Shown here piece by piece: positions 43,801 to 55,082 of a stretch of 64,000 nt of DNA. Made by a program: the position numbers and the translations under genes. Position 1 is the stretch's first letter, and each line of letters begins with the position of its first letter. The notes beneath the pieces were generated by a model. The model searched no databases. It was not told the DNA's origin and worked only from the letters and a program-made list of their open reading frames with translations. Origin of the DNA: Rebecca billardiae RCC1528 (taxonomy: Eukaryota > Protista > Haptophyta); the NCBI GenBank assembly GCA_965240325.2, contig OZ251247.1:124001-188000 (forward strand), in the 5' to 3' direction.

Positions 43801-44550
43801 CCAACCGGTCCAGACCTCAGGATTTGGGAAACTCGGAAAATGAGAAAAATTCAAAACCCGCCGCGTGCGCCCGCCACAGCCATCCGCCGCGAGGCGCCGC
43901 CCGCTGCCGCGCCGCCGCGGTCGTAGACGTGCACGCGGCGATGGCGCACGCGGTCGGGCAGAGGCATAGGGCCTTTCTGCGCCGCCCTGCGCCGGGCAAC
44001 TCGCGTCTGACCATCTTCTCGGCGCCTTGAGCCCGCACGGGCGTGTGCGCCGCCTCTCGGCTTCAGCCGTGCTGTCGTCCCCGCAAAGTATGCGCGCGCT
44101 GAGCGCAACCCGAGGCGCGCATCCCAGGACGGCGTGAGCCATGTGACAGTACGGTCATGGGCGCGCGCCATGGCGCCCAGCGGCTTCACGTGCGTGCCTC
44201 TTCGCTGCCTCGGCAGGCAAGGCGCGGCATGTCTCTGGCTGAATGTGGCGGCGGCACACCGGCTCGCGCTCGCGCGGGCCTGCAGCTGACCGTCGAGGTG
44301 CGAGGGCGCGAAGCGCTGCGCCACGCGCAAGCGACAGTAGTTCACCGCTTCGCTACCGCCCCGCTGCGTCCCATCGGAAGATCTACTGGACTTCGCGCGG
44401 CCTCGCCCTGGCGGCGGAAGGCGAGAGCGAGGTGGCGGCGGGAGCGTCCGCCCCAGCGCGCGCCAACCTGACGAAACCCTTAACCTGCACGCCAGTGGGC
44501 CGCCCACTGGCGTGCAGGTTAAGGATAATCCTGAGGTCTGGACCGGTTGG
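43801..44550. mobile_element. MITE (750 bp) with 24-bp perfect TIRs upstream of FR17
   Basis: CCAACCGGTCCAGACCTCAGGATT ... AATCCTGAGGTCTGGACCGGTTGG. The paralogous site upstream of FR12 (about 28740) is empty. Confidence 0.85.
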
Positions 44551-45043
44551 AGGGGCGCGGCGCGTCCCCGGCCCGGCTGCTGCGCTGGTCGTCTGATTCC
44601 CATCACACTTCACACACGGGAAGAAAGATTCGAACGAAAGATTCCCCTGGCCGGCCCGGCTGCCACTGGCCTTCTCGCCTGCGGCCTGAGCTGTGTGCGT
44701 CCAGGGCCAGGCAACAGCCTTTTGAGACGACTCCGAGGTGCGCCCTCCGCAGGCACAGTACGGACTAGTACGGACTATGGGTGCTGCCACTCGAGCCAGC
44801 GGTCCTGACGGCTTACCCGCAGTGACCGATATTCGCAGTGCCCGCCGCCGGCTGCCGGCCGTGCTCGCGGCACGCAGTCAGCGCTGCTGCCGCAACACCG
44901 ACGGCCGCCAAGCAGCTGCTCAGAGTGCGCACACGCCGCACGGCGCCCGGACTCTGTACCCCGTGCCGCGCCCACGGCCACTGCCCCCACATCTCCACAC
45001 GCCCTTCTCAGTGCCCCACCCGCCTGCCCCCTGCTCCTGCCCC

Positions 45044-46979
45044 TCAGAGGTTGAAGGCCACGGATGCGCCCAGGTTGCGCAGCGTGGAGTGGCTCTCGTT
45101 GAGCTGCGCCTTCACGTGCAGCCCCACCGAGCGGGAGAGCTGCGCACACAGCAGCAGCACCAGCACCACCGCACACACACAGCAGGAGAGAGAGAGTCCG
45201 GGGGGTGGTGAGAGGGTCCGGGAGGGGGTAGGGAGGTGGGGATGCACGGGGGGCGGAGGGCGGTGGTGAGGCTGGGCGCACGGCTGCTGCCTCGGTGGTG
45301 CGCTGACGGCTGCGCGGCCCCAGCCCGGGAGCGCTTGCGCAGACGTGAGATGTGACCCGCGCGCCAACCCGCGCGCGCACCTTGAGCGAGTAGAGCATGT
45401 TGACGACGCCGTGCCGCTCCGCCGCCACCTTGAGCGCGTGCGGCCCCGCGGAGAGCGTGCCGCCCAGCAGCAGCCGCTCCACCACGTCCGACTGACACCC
45501 GGCGGCACGGGGGCAGCGGGGGCAGCAGCAGGGGGGCAGCAGCAGGGGGGCAGCAGCAGGGGGGCGGCAGCAGCAGCACACAGCGGCAGGGGCACACCGG
45601 CCAGCCGGGCGGGGAGGGAGGGAGGGGGGTGAGTGCCGTGTGTGGGCGGGCAGCCGTGGGGTGGGCAGACGGCGGTGTGGGCGGCGGGCGGCGGGCGGTG
45701 GGCGGGGCGGGCAGCCGGTGGCGGCGGGGAGCCGGCCGCGCGGGCCGCGCCGCCACCGCCTGCGCTGGGCGCGCGCGCGGCCCGCGCGCGCAGCAGCCGG
45801 CTTGCGGGCACGCGCCCGGGGCAGCCCCCACGCCCACCGCCCCCCACACCCACCCCCACGCCCCCCCGCACGCCCGCACCTGCACGTTGTACGCCACGGA
45901 GCCGCCCAGCGCCAGTCCGGGCCTGAGCCGCACGTACAGCGCTGAGCCCACGCGCGAGCCCAGCGTGTTCGTGCCCAGCGCCATCGCCAGCCGGCCCGAG
46001 CGGCAGCTGCGGGGCGGGGGGTTGGGGGCGTGGGTGGGCGTGATGATGGGCGTGAGTGAGGGGCGGGCGGCCGTGCGTGCGGAGGGGGCGGGGCGGGGCA
46101 GCGGGCGGCCGCGCGCCACTGCAGCTGCTGCCGCAGCGCAGCAGCGCCGCAGCGCGCGCTGCGCTCGGGCGTGGGCGGGGCCAGCCACGCGGCCCCACGC
46201 GTGTGCGTGTGCTCGTGGGCACACCCGCTCCACAGACACGCGCCCTCGAAGCACGCGCAGTGCCACCACCACCACCACAGACACACACACACCCGCGCGC
46301 ACACACGCGCACACAGCGCGCCGGTCGCTACTGCCCCTCACCGCACTGAGAAGTCGGAGGAGAAAGGGACGTAGATCGACTCCTCGAGCTCGCGCCGCGC
46401 GAGCTCGGCCGCGTCGCGCGTGAGCGAGGTGAGGTGCGTCTGCATGCCCTGCGAGCCGCCACCGCGCGGCCGGGCGTGCGCGCGCGTCGCGCCGGCGGCG
46501 GTCGGCCGGCGCGGCGGCGAGCGGCGCACGCGCGCGCGGCGCGCGGCGCGCAGCACATCGGGCGCGCGCGCGCATCCCCGCGGGCGTGCGCACGCACACA
46601 CACGCGCGCCCGCGCGCACCCCGAACGCCGCCGCGTGCTGCGCCAGCTCCTCCTCGCGCGCGTGCAGCCGCTGCGTGAGCGCGCCCTCGCGCCGCTTCAG
46701 CTCGTCCGCCTCCGCGGTGCGCGCGGCGAGCTCGGCGCGGACGGCGGCGAGCTCGGCGGTGCGGGTGGTGAGGGTGGACGGGCCGGACCCCTCGCGCGCC
46801 GCGCGCACCGCCGCCTCGTGCTCCGCCTTGGTCACGAGCCCGAGCGCGCGCAGCACGCCGCGCGGCGGCATCGGCAAGCCCGAGCCGCCGCCGCCGCCGC
46901 CGCCACCGTCGTCGGCGGCGTCGGGCGCGGGGGGCGGGGTGGAGCCGCCGGGCGGGGTCGCGCCGTCCGCGTCCGCCAT
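45044..46979 (-). CDS. Coiled-coil protein with C-terminal VDAC/Tom40 (porin_3)-like beta-strands, 5 exons
   Basis: Exon 1 is 46979-46620 and exon 2 is 46448-46342, followed by three more exons with phase-consistent GT-AG introns. The C-terminus GSRVGSALYVRLRPGLALGGSVAY...KVAAERHGVVNMLYSLKLSRSVGLHVKAQL...NLGASVAFNL resembles the last VDAC strands and ends in a beta-signal. Confidence 0.7.
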
Positions 46980-47287
46980 GCCGCGCGCCTCGTGGGCTCG
47001 GCCGCGCGCGCCGATGCGCCCCGCGGTGTCAGCGCGTGCCGCTTCGCGGAGCGGCGGCGGCGGTCGGTGGTCCGGTTCTGCGAGGGCGCGCGCAGTCGCG
47101 CATTCGCTGCCTCCACAAAGGCGGCAGTCCGGCGCGCAGTCGCCAACTCCCGGACCAGGGAGTCCAGACGCGCCAGTCCGGGCGTGCGCTCGAAAGAAAG
47201 TCCGGCCTAATCAATCTTAATTAGGTGCCGCGCCCCTGCGCCCGTGCACAGCGCGTCTCGTCTGCCGCCCCGCGTCGACCAGCAGCC

Positions 47288-48017
47288 ATGTTCGCCCTCC
47301 GCAGCCTCGTCGCCGCGGCCCTGGTGGCCTCGGCGAGCGCGTTCTCGGCGGCGCCCCGCCTCGCGGCGAGCACCAAGCTGGCGCTCTCCAAGGCCACCCC
47401 CGCGCGCGCCGCCGCCGCCGCCCCGGTGTCCATGGCGCTCAGCCCGCTGGAGAGCGCCGTCTCCGCGTCCTCGCTCACCACGGCGATGGGGCTGGAGGTG
47501 AAGGGCGAGGCGTACCTCGCGGTGATCCTCGGCGTGCTCGTGCCGGTGATCTTCCTCGTCCTCCTCTTCATCAAGGTGCGACGCCACGCGCGCCCACGCG
47601 CGACGCGCTCGCCGGCCGCGCGCACGTTGCGCGCGACGCGCCGCGTCGCGCGCCGCTTGCTGGCGCGCCGCCAGCCGGCGCGCCGCGCCCGCGGCTGTGG
47701 GCGCACGCCTCTGCCGCGGCGGCGGTGGCGGCAGCGAGTGGCCCGTGGCAGCTCGAGCGTGCACGCGCGACCGGGTGTCGCGCACGCTCCGTCCGCCGCA
47801 CCCGCCGCTCACGCACACCGCCCCGCCCCCCTTGCGCGCGCCCCGCTGCCCCCGCCGCCGCCGCCGCCCCTCGGCCGCGCGCCGCTGCGCTCCCCTCCGC
47901 CGACAGTCGAACGCGGAGGGCACGGCGACGTCGTTCCGCTGGCCGGACCTGGACGGCGGGGGTCTCTACGACACCACGGGCGAGCAGAGCCGCTTCGGCA
48001 CCAAGAACTCCAAGTAA
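47288..48017 (+). CDS. psbM: Photosystem II subunit PsbM, nuclear-encoded, with bipartite plastid-targeting presequence
   Basis: Signal peptide ending ASA|F followed by a transit peptide; mature LEVKGEAYLAVILGVLVPVIFLVLLFIK. Intron 47576-47906. Confidence 0.85.
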
Positions 48018-48691
48018 GCGCTGCCGGACCGACGCCCTGCGCCACCGTAAACACTCGAGAGCTGACAGCAGCGGACGGGCGGCGGCGCGCGCGCGCGGCG
48101 CTGCCGGCGGCTGGTTGGCCGAGCTCGAGCGTTGGGCGGGGCCGTGCCGAGCGCCGAGCGGCTCCTCGATAGCAGCGCGTGCTTGAATGACGCCTGAGCC
48201 AGACTACCCACCACGCGTGACTCTTACTGATCGTCTGTGCCGAGGGGCCGCTCACATGTGAATAGCACGGAGCCGAATGCAATGACTCGATCGATGACGC
48301 TAAAAAGCGCTGGCCCCGTCAAAACTCAAACGCATCAGCAGCGCGCGCTGCCGACGCGTCGCGCAGAAACGAAGGCGAATAAAAGCCCTAAAAGCCGCCG
48401 AATGAAAAACTGAAAATGAGTGATAAAACGGCGAGCGTCGGACTCTTGACTCGTTGGCCAAGAGTCCGGCCCGGCCGGCGCGCTGATTGGCTGCCACCGC
48501 TGCCCCCACTGAACAGTGGACGGGCTTCAAAGGGGGACGGGCGGTGGCACCCTCGCTCGGAATTGGCAGCAGCTGCAGGCGCTGCTGGGTAGGGGCGGGG
48601 CGCGCCGCCACCAGAGGCGCAGCGGGCACACGCCCGAGCGCGGCGCGCAGGGCGCGGACCGCGCGAGCGGCGCAGCGCGCCACCCACCGCC

Positions 48692-49129
48692 ATGCGCGCT
48701 GAGCAGGCGCCATCGTGCGAGCCGCGCACCGCGCGGTCGCCCGGCGCCGGCGCCGGCGCCGGCGGCGGCGGCGGCAGCGGCGGCGGCAGCCCGTCGAGCT
48801 CGAAGATCGAGCAGCTGCGCGCGGACATCCGCGCGATGCAGGCCGTGCTGCGCGAGCCCGCCGCCACCGAGCGCGCCGCCCAGCCCCCCGCCGTCCTCGA
48901 GACGGCGGCGGCGACGGCGGCGGCCGCGGCGGACGCGCGCGCGCGCGCGCCGCCGCTCTCGTTTCCGCCGCCGCCGCCCGGCTGCGGGCGCGAGGCGGCG
49001 CACTTCCGACTGCGCGCGGAGGGGTCCGAGCCTGCCGGGCCGGCCGTCCTGCCCGCGCTCAAGCCGCCGCCGCCGCCGCCGCGCCCGCCCGCCGGCGCGG
49101 CCGCGCGGCGCGGCGCCGCCGACAGCACA

Positions 49130-49162
<33 letters not shown>

Positions 49163-49288
49163 TACGCGACGCGCGCGACGGCGGCGGCGGACGCGCGCGC
49201 GGTGGCGGGCCGCGGGCGCGTGCGCGCCTCCGGCTCCGCCCCCGCCGCGCCGCTCTCGCGCCGCAGCGCTGCCACGGCCAACAGCGGC

Positions 49289-49319
<31 letters not shown>

Positions 49320-49499
49320 GCGGCGCGGGCGCGCGGCCGCAGCGCGCGTCGGCTGACGGCTGGGCCGCCGGCGGCGGCGGCGGCGGGGCGTACGGCCGTG
49401 GCGCGCGTGCGTGGGGCGCGTGGTCGGCGCTCGAGCCCGCGTGCGCCTCGCACACCGAGCCGCACCGCCCGTACGGCGCCGCCTACTGCGGGCCTGCGC

Positions 49500-49542
<43 letters not shown>

Positions 49543-49975
49543 AGGCGGCGGCGGCGGCGGCGCGGGCGCGCCCGCGGGCGCGCCCGCCGGCGCGGCGGCG
49601 CCTGCGGAGCTGCGCAAGGCGGCGGCGCGCGCGCGGAGCGAGCGGCTCGGCCGCCGGCTGTGCCTCCTCTGCTGCGCCCTCGCCCTCCTCGCGCTGCTGC
49701 TCCTCGCGGTGGCGATGGCGGCGGCGGCGGGCGCGCGGCGCGCGCCGGGCGGCGCGGCCGGCGCGGCCGGCGCGGCCGGCGGCGCGGACGGCGGCGACGG
49801 CGGGGGTGACGGCGGCGGCGACGGCGGGAGCGGCGGTGACGGCGACGTGGGCTGGTACGCGGGCTACTCCGCCGACAGCTACTACGCCGCGGAGCACGGC
49901 GCGGGCGCAGGCCACGCTCTTCTCGGCGCCGCGCGGCCGGGCGGCGGCGGCGGCGGCGGGGGGCGCGCGGCGAGC

Positions 49976-50006
<31 letters not shown>

Positions 50007-51927
50007 GCGGCGCGGATCGGGCGGCGGCGGCGGCGGACGCGGCGGCGGGGCGCACGCCGCCGCCGCTGCCCTCCACCGCCGTCTTCCGCGGCCTCGCCGA
50101 CCTGCCCCCGTGGCTGCTCCCGCCGCCCCCGGACTCGATGGCCGCACAGCCGGACCTCGACCCTGCCTCGCACGTGGCCACCGCCTACAAGGCCGCGGCG
50201 GGCGTGGCGGCGGGCGGCGGCGGCGGCGGCGGTGGCGGTGGCGGTGGCGGTGGCGGTGGCGGTACTGGTGGCCGGGGCGGTGCCGACGGCGGTGGCGAGG
50301 GCGGCGGCGAGACCGTCTCCGCGCCCTCCGTCAACGGCTGGCGCAGCGCCGCCGCCGCCGCCGCCGTGCTCTGCGACCCGCCCCGCGAGGGCGACGTCGC
50401 TCTGAGCGCCTATCCCACCGGCTACCTGCAGCTCTACGCGCAAGGTGGGTACCGTGCGGGTAATGCGGGTACTGCGGGTACGGTGGGGAGCGGGGTGAGG
50501 GTGGGCCTCCCACGCGGGAGGCGCGTGTGTGCGTGTGCGTGTGCGTGTGCGTGTGCACAGGGGGGCGGAGGCGGAGGCGCTGTGCCGCCCCCTGCGCCCC
50601 GCCCCGCACCGCACACACACACACCCTAACCCTAACCCAAACCCTAACCCCGCCCTGCACACGCACGCACACGCGCGCACACACGCGCGCACAGGCGCGT
50701 GGGGCTCGGTGTGCGGCCACTACTTCTGGGACTCGCCCCGCGCCGCCGACATCGCGTGCAAGCAGCTGGGCTACGCGTACGGCGCCGCCATCCACACCGA
50801 GCCCACGCCCGCGGCGGTGGCGCTGCCCCGGGCGGCGTATTGGGGGGCGGGGGCGGGGGCGGGGGCGGGGGGGGCGCAGCCGCACGGGGCGGCGGCGTGG
50901 TCGGGCGAGTGGTACGCCCCGCTCACGCCCGGCCTCGGCGCCGCGCTCCCCCCCGGCGTGCGCTGGGGCGGGCCCCTCAGCCGCGCGCTCGGCATAGCGC
51001 CCCTCCAGCCGGCGGATTTTGAGCCGCCGGCGGCAGCGGCGGCGGAGGCGCGCGCGCTCGACGCGGCGGGGGCGCGCGGCGTGGAGGCGGTGTACTCGCT
51101 GCCCGTCTCGGGTGCGCGCGCGCGCGCGCGCGCGAGCACGCGCGGTCGGTGCCGTGCGCCCGCGAGCCCGCCGCCAGGCGGCGGCGCCGGCTGGGCCGCC
51201 GCCGCTGCGGGCCGGCAGCGGCGGCGGCAGCGGCGGCGGCAGCGGCCGTGCGCGTGCCGCGGCTGGCGCGCGCCCCGCTCGGCCCCGGACCGACCGCCCG
51301 GACCGACCGCCCCCCTTCGCACCCCGCGCCCCTCGCCGCCCCCAAACGCTACGCTCGCCGTGACGCCTGCCGTGCCGCTGACCGTTCCGCTGCCCGTTCC
51401 GCTGACCGTTACGCTTGCCGTTACGCTTGCCGTTACGTTGACCGTTACGCTCTCCACCTCAGGCGCGCGCGGGTTTGAGTGCCACGGGGAGGAGCCGGAC
51501 CTGCTGGCGTGCAGGGCGCACCACTCGGTGCACGGCACCGCGCTCACGCGGCTGTGCGCGCACAGGCTCGACCAGGTGCGCGCGCGCGCGCACGCCGTCC
51601 CTCCCGCGCGGCTCTGGGCGCGCGTGCGCGCCCGCCGTCGCTGCGCGCGGCGCGCGCGGCGGCGCGCGCTCCCCCCTGCCCCGAACGCGCGCTGAGCGCG
51701 GCGGCGGCGCGGCGGCGGTGCGCGCGCGATGGCAGATTGTGACGTGCGGCGGCGGCGCGCCGCATGACCCGCTCTGCGGCTCGCGCCCGCGCGCCGCGCC
51801 CTCCGTCGCGCTCGAGCACGCGCGTGCGCTGCTGTCCGCGTGGAACGCAACCGAAGCCGCCGCGCGCGCCTCGGGCGCGGCGAGCGCGCGGCAGCGGCAG
51901 CGGCGGCGGGGGCGGCGGCGGGCGTGA
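48692..51927 (+). CDS. Gly/Ala-rich single-pass membrane protein with an SRCR domain
   Basis: TM segment LCLLCCALALLALLLLAVAM. Spliced SRCR motifs GYLQLY..GAWGSVC..W..AADIACKQLGY..FECHGEEPDLLAC..CAHRLDQIVTC. Introns 50445-50694, 51112-51462 and 51576-51735. Confidence 0.75.
50623..50650 (+). repeat. Short interstitial telomere-like (CCCTAA)n tract in an intron
   Basis: ACCCTAACCCTAACCCAAACCCTAACCC. Confidence 0.6.
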
Positions 51928-52343
51928 CGGCGGCGAGGCGGGGTGTGCTCGGCTCCCGCTGGGAGGCGTGTGGTCCCGAGGTCGCGCCGCGCGGCCGCGC
52001 CGGCACCGCGGCACGGCCAATTGCTCGCGCCGGCGGTGCCGGGGGCGGAGCCGCCATCGTGCCTCGGCCGGCACTACTGTGAAAGAGGCGCTCGTCTTGA
52101 CATCGCGCAAATTGACAGTCCGCCAACTGTCGTAATAACTTGGCTGTCGGACTCACCGTTCAAAGTGTACTCGCCGCGGCTGCGCAGGTGTGCAAGCACT
52201 GCTGGCCGGGCCGGGCGTGAGATCTCGAGGGTTCGAGATCCGCCGGTGGCACGCGGCCGCATCGCCACTTGGCACCGCCGCCCGGCAGCAGCAGCGCGCG
52301 GCATCGGCAGCGGACGCGTGGAGCGCGTGCACACGGCGCAGCG

Positions 52344-55082
52344 ATGGGCGCGGACGGCGGCGGGAAGGGCGGCTCGGGCAAGACGGGCGGGCGCATGCTC
52401 GGCTCCGCCGTGGCCGGCGCCTCCGAGCTGATGGTGCGCCGCCGCCGCCACCGCACGCCGCCGCCGCCACCGCGCAAAGCGCGGCGCGCACTCGCCCGCG
52501 CGACGGGCACACCGCGCGCGCGCACCGCTGCGCGCGCGCGCGTGGCCACGCGCGCGCGCGCGCGCGCTGAGGTACGTGCCTCCAACCGACCGTCCCCCGC
52601 CCCCGCATCGCGACGCGCGCGCACACCGCGCCCGCCCCGCGTGCCGCGGCGGCGCCGCCGCACGCCGCGCGACCGCGCGATCGCGCACACCCGCGCGCGA
52701 CCGCCCGGACTGGCTCGTCTGCGCGGCTCCGGCGTCGGCGCCCCGCACACACACCCCGCCCCCCCCCCCCCCCCCCGCCAGTTCTTCCACCCCGTCGACA
52801 CCATCGCCAAGCGGCTGATGACCAACACCGCCCCCATCGCCACCTCCGCGGACATGTCCGCCGTGCTGTTCAGGGAGGCGGCGGGGGCGGGCTGGGCGGA
52901 GCGCGGGCGCAGCCTGTTCCCCGGGCTGGGCTGGGCGGCGGGGTACAAGGTGCGCCGCGGGCTGGGCGCGCGCGTGCTGCGGTGGGGCGGGGTGTGCACC
53001 GCCCCGCCTACCCCTGCGCTACCCCCCATACCCCTCATACCCCCAATACCCGTACTGCGTGCTACCCCCATGCGGTGACCCCTATGTGTATGTACTGTTA
53101 CTACCCGCGTACAGGTGCTGCAGCGCGTGTACAAGTTCGGGGGGCAGCCGTTCGTGAAGGACGCGCTGCAGGCGAACGTCGGAGGTGCGCGCGCGCCGCG
53201 CCCTCTGCGCCGCCAGCCAGCACCGCGCGCGCGCGCAGCCGCCGACCGCGGTTGCGCGCGCGCCCACTGCGGCACCGCGCCCGCCGCGGCACCAGGCGGC
53301 TTCGAGGCGGTGTTCGGCAAGCGGCAGGCGAAGGGGTGGATGCACGCCACCGCCGGCTCCATCATCGGCGTGGGCGAGGTGCGCCGCGCCCCGCCCCGCC
53401 CAGCCCGACCCACGCCGCCCGCCGCCGCCCGCCGCCGCCCGCCGCCGCGCTCGGCGCCGCGGCCGTTGCTCAGCCGGCCGCGCCCGCGCCCGCCCCCGCC
53501 GCCGCCCGTCCGGCCGCCGCCTGCCGCGCGCGCCCTCCCCGCCGCGCCGCGCGCAGGTGGCGCTGCTCCCCCTGGACGTGCTCAAGATCCGCGCGCAGAC
53601 CAACCCCGAGTCGCTGAAGGGCAAGGGCGTCGTCACGCTCTTCTGGACCGAAGGTGCGCAGCCCTGGGTGCGCCCCTGGGTGCACTGTGTGTGTGTGTGT
53701 GTGTAACAGACCGACGGTGCGCAGCCCTGGGTGCACCCCTGGGTGTGGAACCACCCTGTGTGTGTGTGGAGCACTGTGTGCACACAGTGCGCGTGCGTGT
53801 GGAGCACTGTGTACTGTGTGTGTGTGTGGAGCAAGGGGGTGTGTGCCACACGTGCGCGTGCGTGTGTGTGTGTGCGGAGGACGGGTGGGTGAAGGGCGCG
53901 AGCCACCACGGCCGCCGCCGCCGGCTCGCTGCGCCACCGCCGCCGAGGGGCCCAGCGCGGCAGTGCGCGCGCAAGGCGCGCGGCGCGCGGCGCGCCGACC
54001 GACCGCCAACCGACGCCACCGCTTCTCCCTCGCCGCCCCCCCCCCCCCCGCAGGGGCGGGGCTGTACCGTGGCGCGGGCTGGACGGCGCTGCGCAACGCG
54101 CCCGGCTCGTTCGCGCTGTTCGGCGGCAGCGCGCTCGTGAAGGACGGGCTGTACGGCCTGCAGGACTACAACCAGGTGCGCACATATAGGCACTTACACA
54201 CGCACTCACATAGGCACACACGGCTGGGTGCGGGGAGGTGGATACCCATCGCGGGTATATGTGGGTATATGCGCGCGAGTGCATGGGCACACACCGCCCG
54301 CGGGCGCGCGTGTGTGCCGATGGCCGCCCTCGCCCCCGCGCGTGCGTGCCCTGCGGCAGCCTGCGTGACGCCCGCCGCAGACGCGCGGGGGCGGAGGGCG
54401 CGCGCGCGCTGCGGCCGCGCGCCCTCGCACGCCCGCCCCGCGGCCCGGCCTGCCGCCCTGCCGTCATCCTGCGAGCCCAGCCGCGGCACGCTCTCACCCC
54501 CCGCTCCCCGCCCCTCCCCCCACCCCCCGCAGGCCACCTTCCTGCAGACGACCGTCGCCTCGCTGGTGGGCGCCGCCGCCTCCATCACCGTCGCCGCTCC
54601 GATGGACGTGATCAAGACGCGCATCCAGAGCCGCTCGCACGACGACCCAAAGTCGGTGAGAGCGGAGGGGGGGGGGGGGGGTCGGCGCGCGGCGTGGGCG
54701 TGAGCGTGGGCGTGCGTGTGCGTGTGTGTGTGTGTGTGCATGCGCGTGCAGGGTGGGCGTGGGGTGCGGGCGCGGGGGGGGGGGGGGGGGGGGGGGGGGG
54801 CTGCGCAGGGCGGCTCTGCGCGCCCCCTGCCTGCGCGCGCGCCGCCCTCCACCGCGGCCGCCGCCCAGCTCACACGGGCCCACGCCCCCGCGCGCACGCC
54901 CAACCCCGCGCGCCGGCGAGCAGGGCGTGCGGCTGGTGGCCGAGCTGCTCGCCACCGAGGGCCCCACCGCCTTCTTCAAGGGCCTCGCGCCCAAGCTGCT
55001 CACCGTCGGCCCGAAGCTCGTCTTCTCGTTCACGGTCGCGCAGTACCTCATCGCCATCACCGACAGGATGGCAGGCGCCTGA
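52344..55082 (+). CDS. GGC1: Mitochondrial GTP/GDP carrier (yeast Ggc1/Yhm1-like), multi-exon
   Basis: Spliced FHPVDTIAKRLM, LFPGLGWAAGYKVLQRVYKFGGQPF, LPLDVLKIRAQTNPES, RNAPGSFALFGG, APMDVIKTRIQ and AFFKGLAPKLLTVGPKLVFSF. Three carrier signatures and close resemblance to yeast Ggc1. Confidence 0.9.

Noticed and set aside
50623-50650. Chromosome end or fusion site
   Set aside because: Only about 4 imperfect CCCTAA units, inside an intron among other microsatellites.
53646-53746. Duplicated exon-intron junction in GGC1 as an alternative micro-exon
   Set aside because: The 37-bp local duplication would give a 7-nt frameshifting exon; slippage beside a (GT)n tract is more likely.
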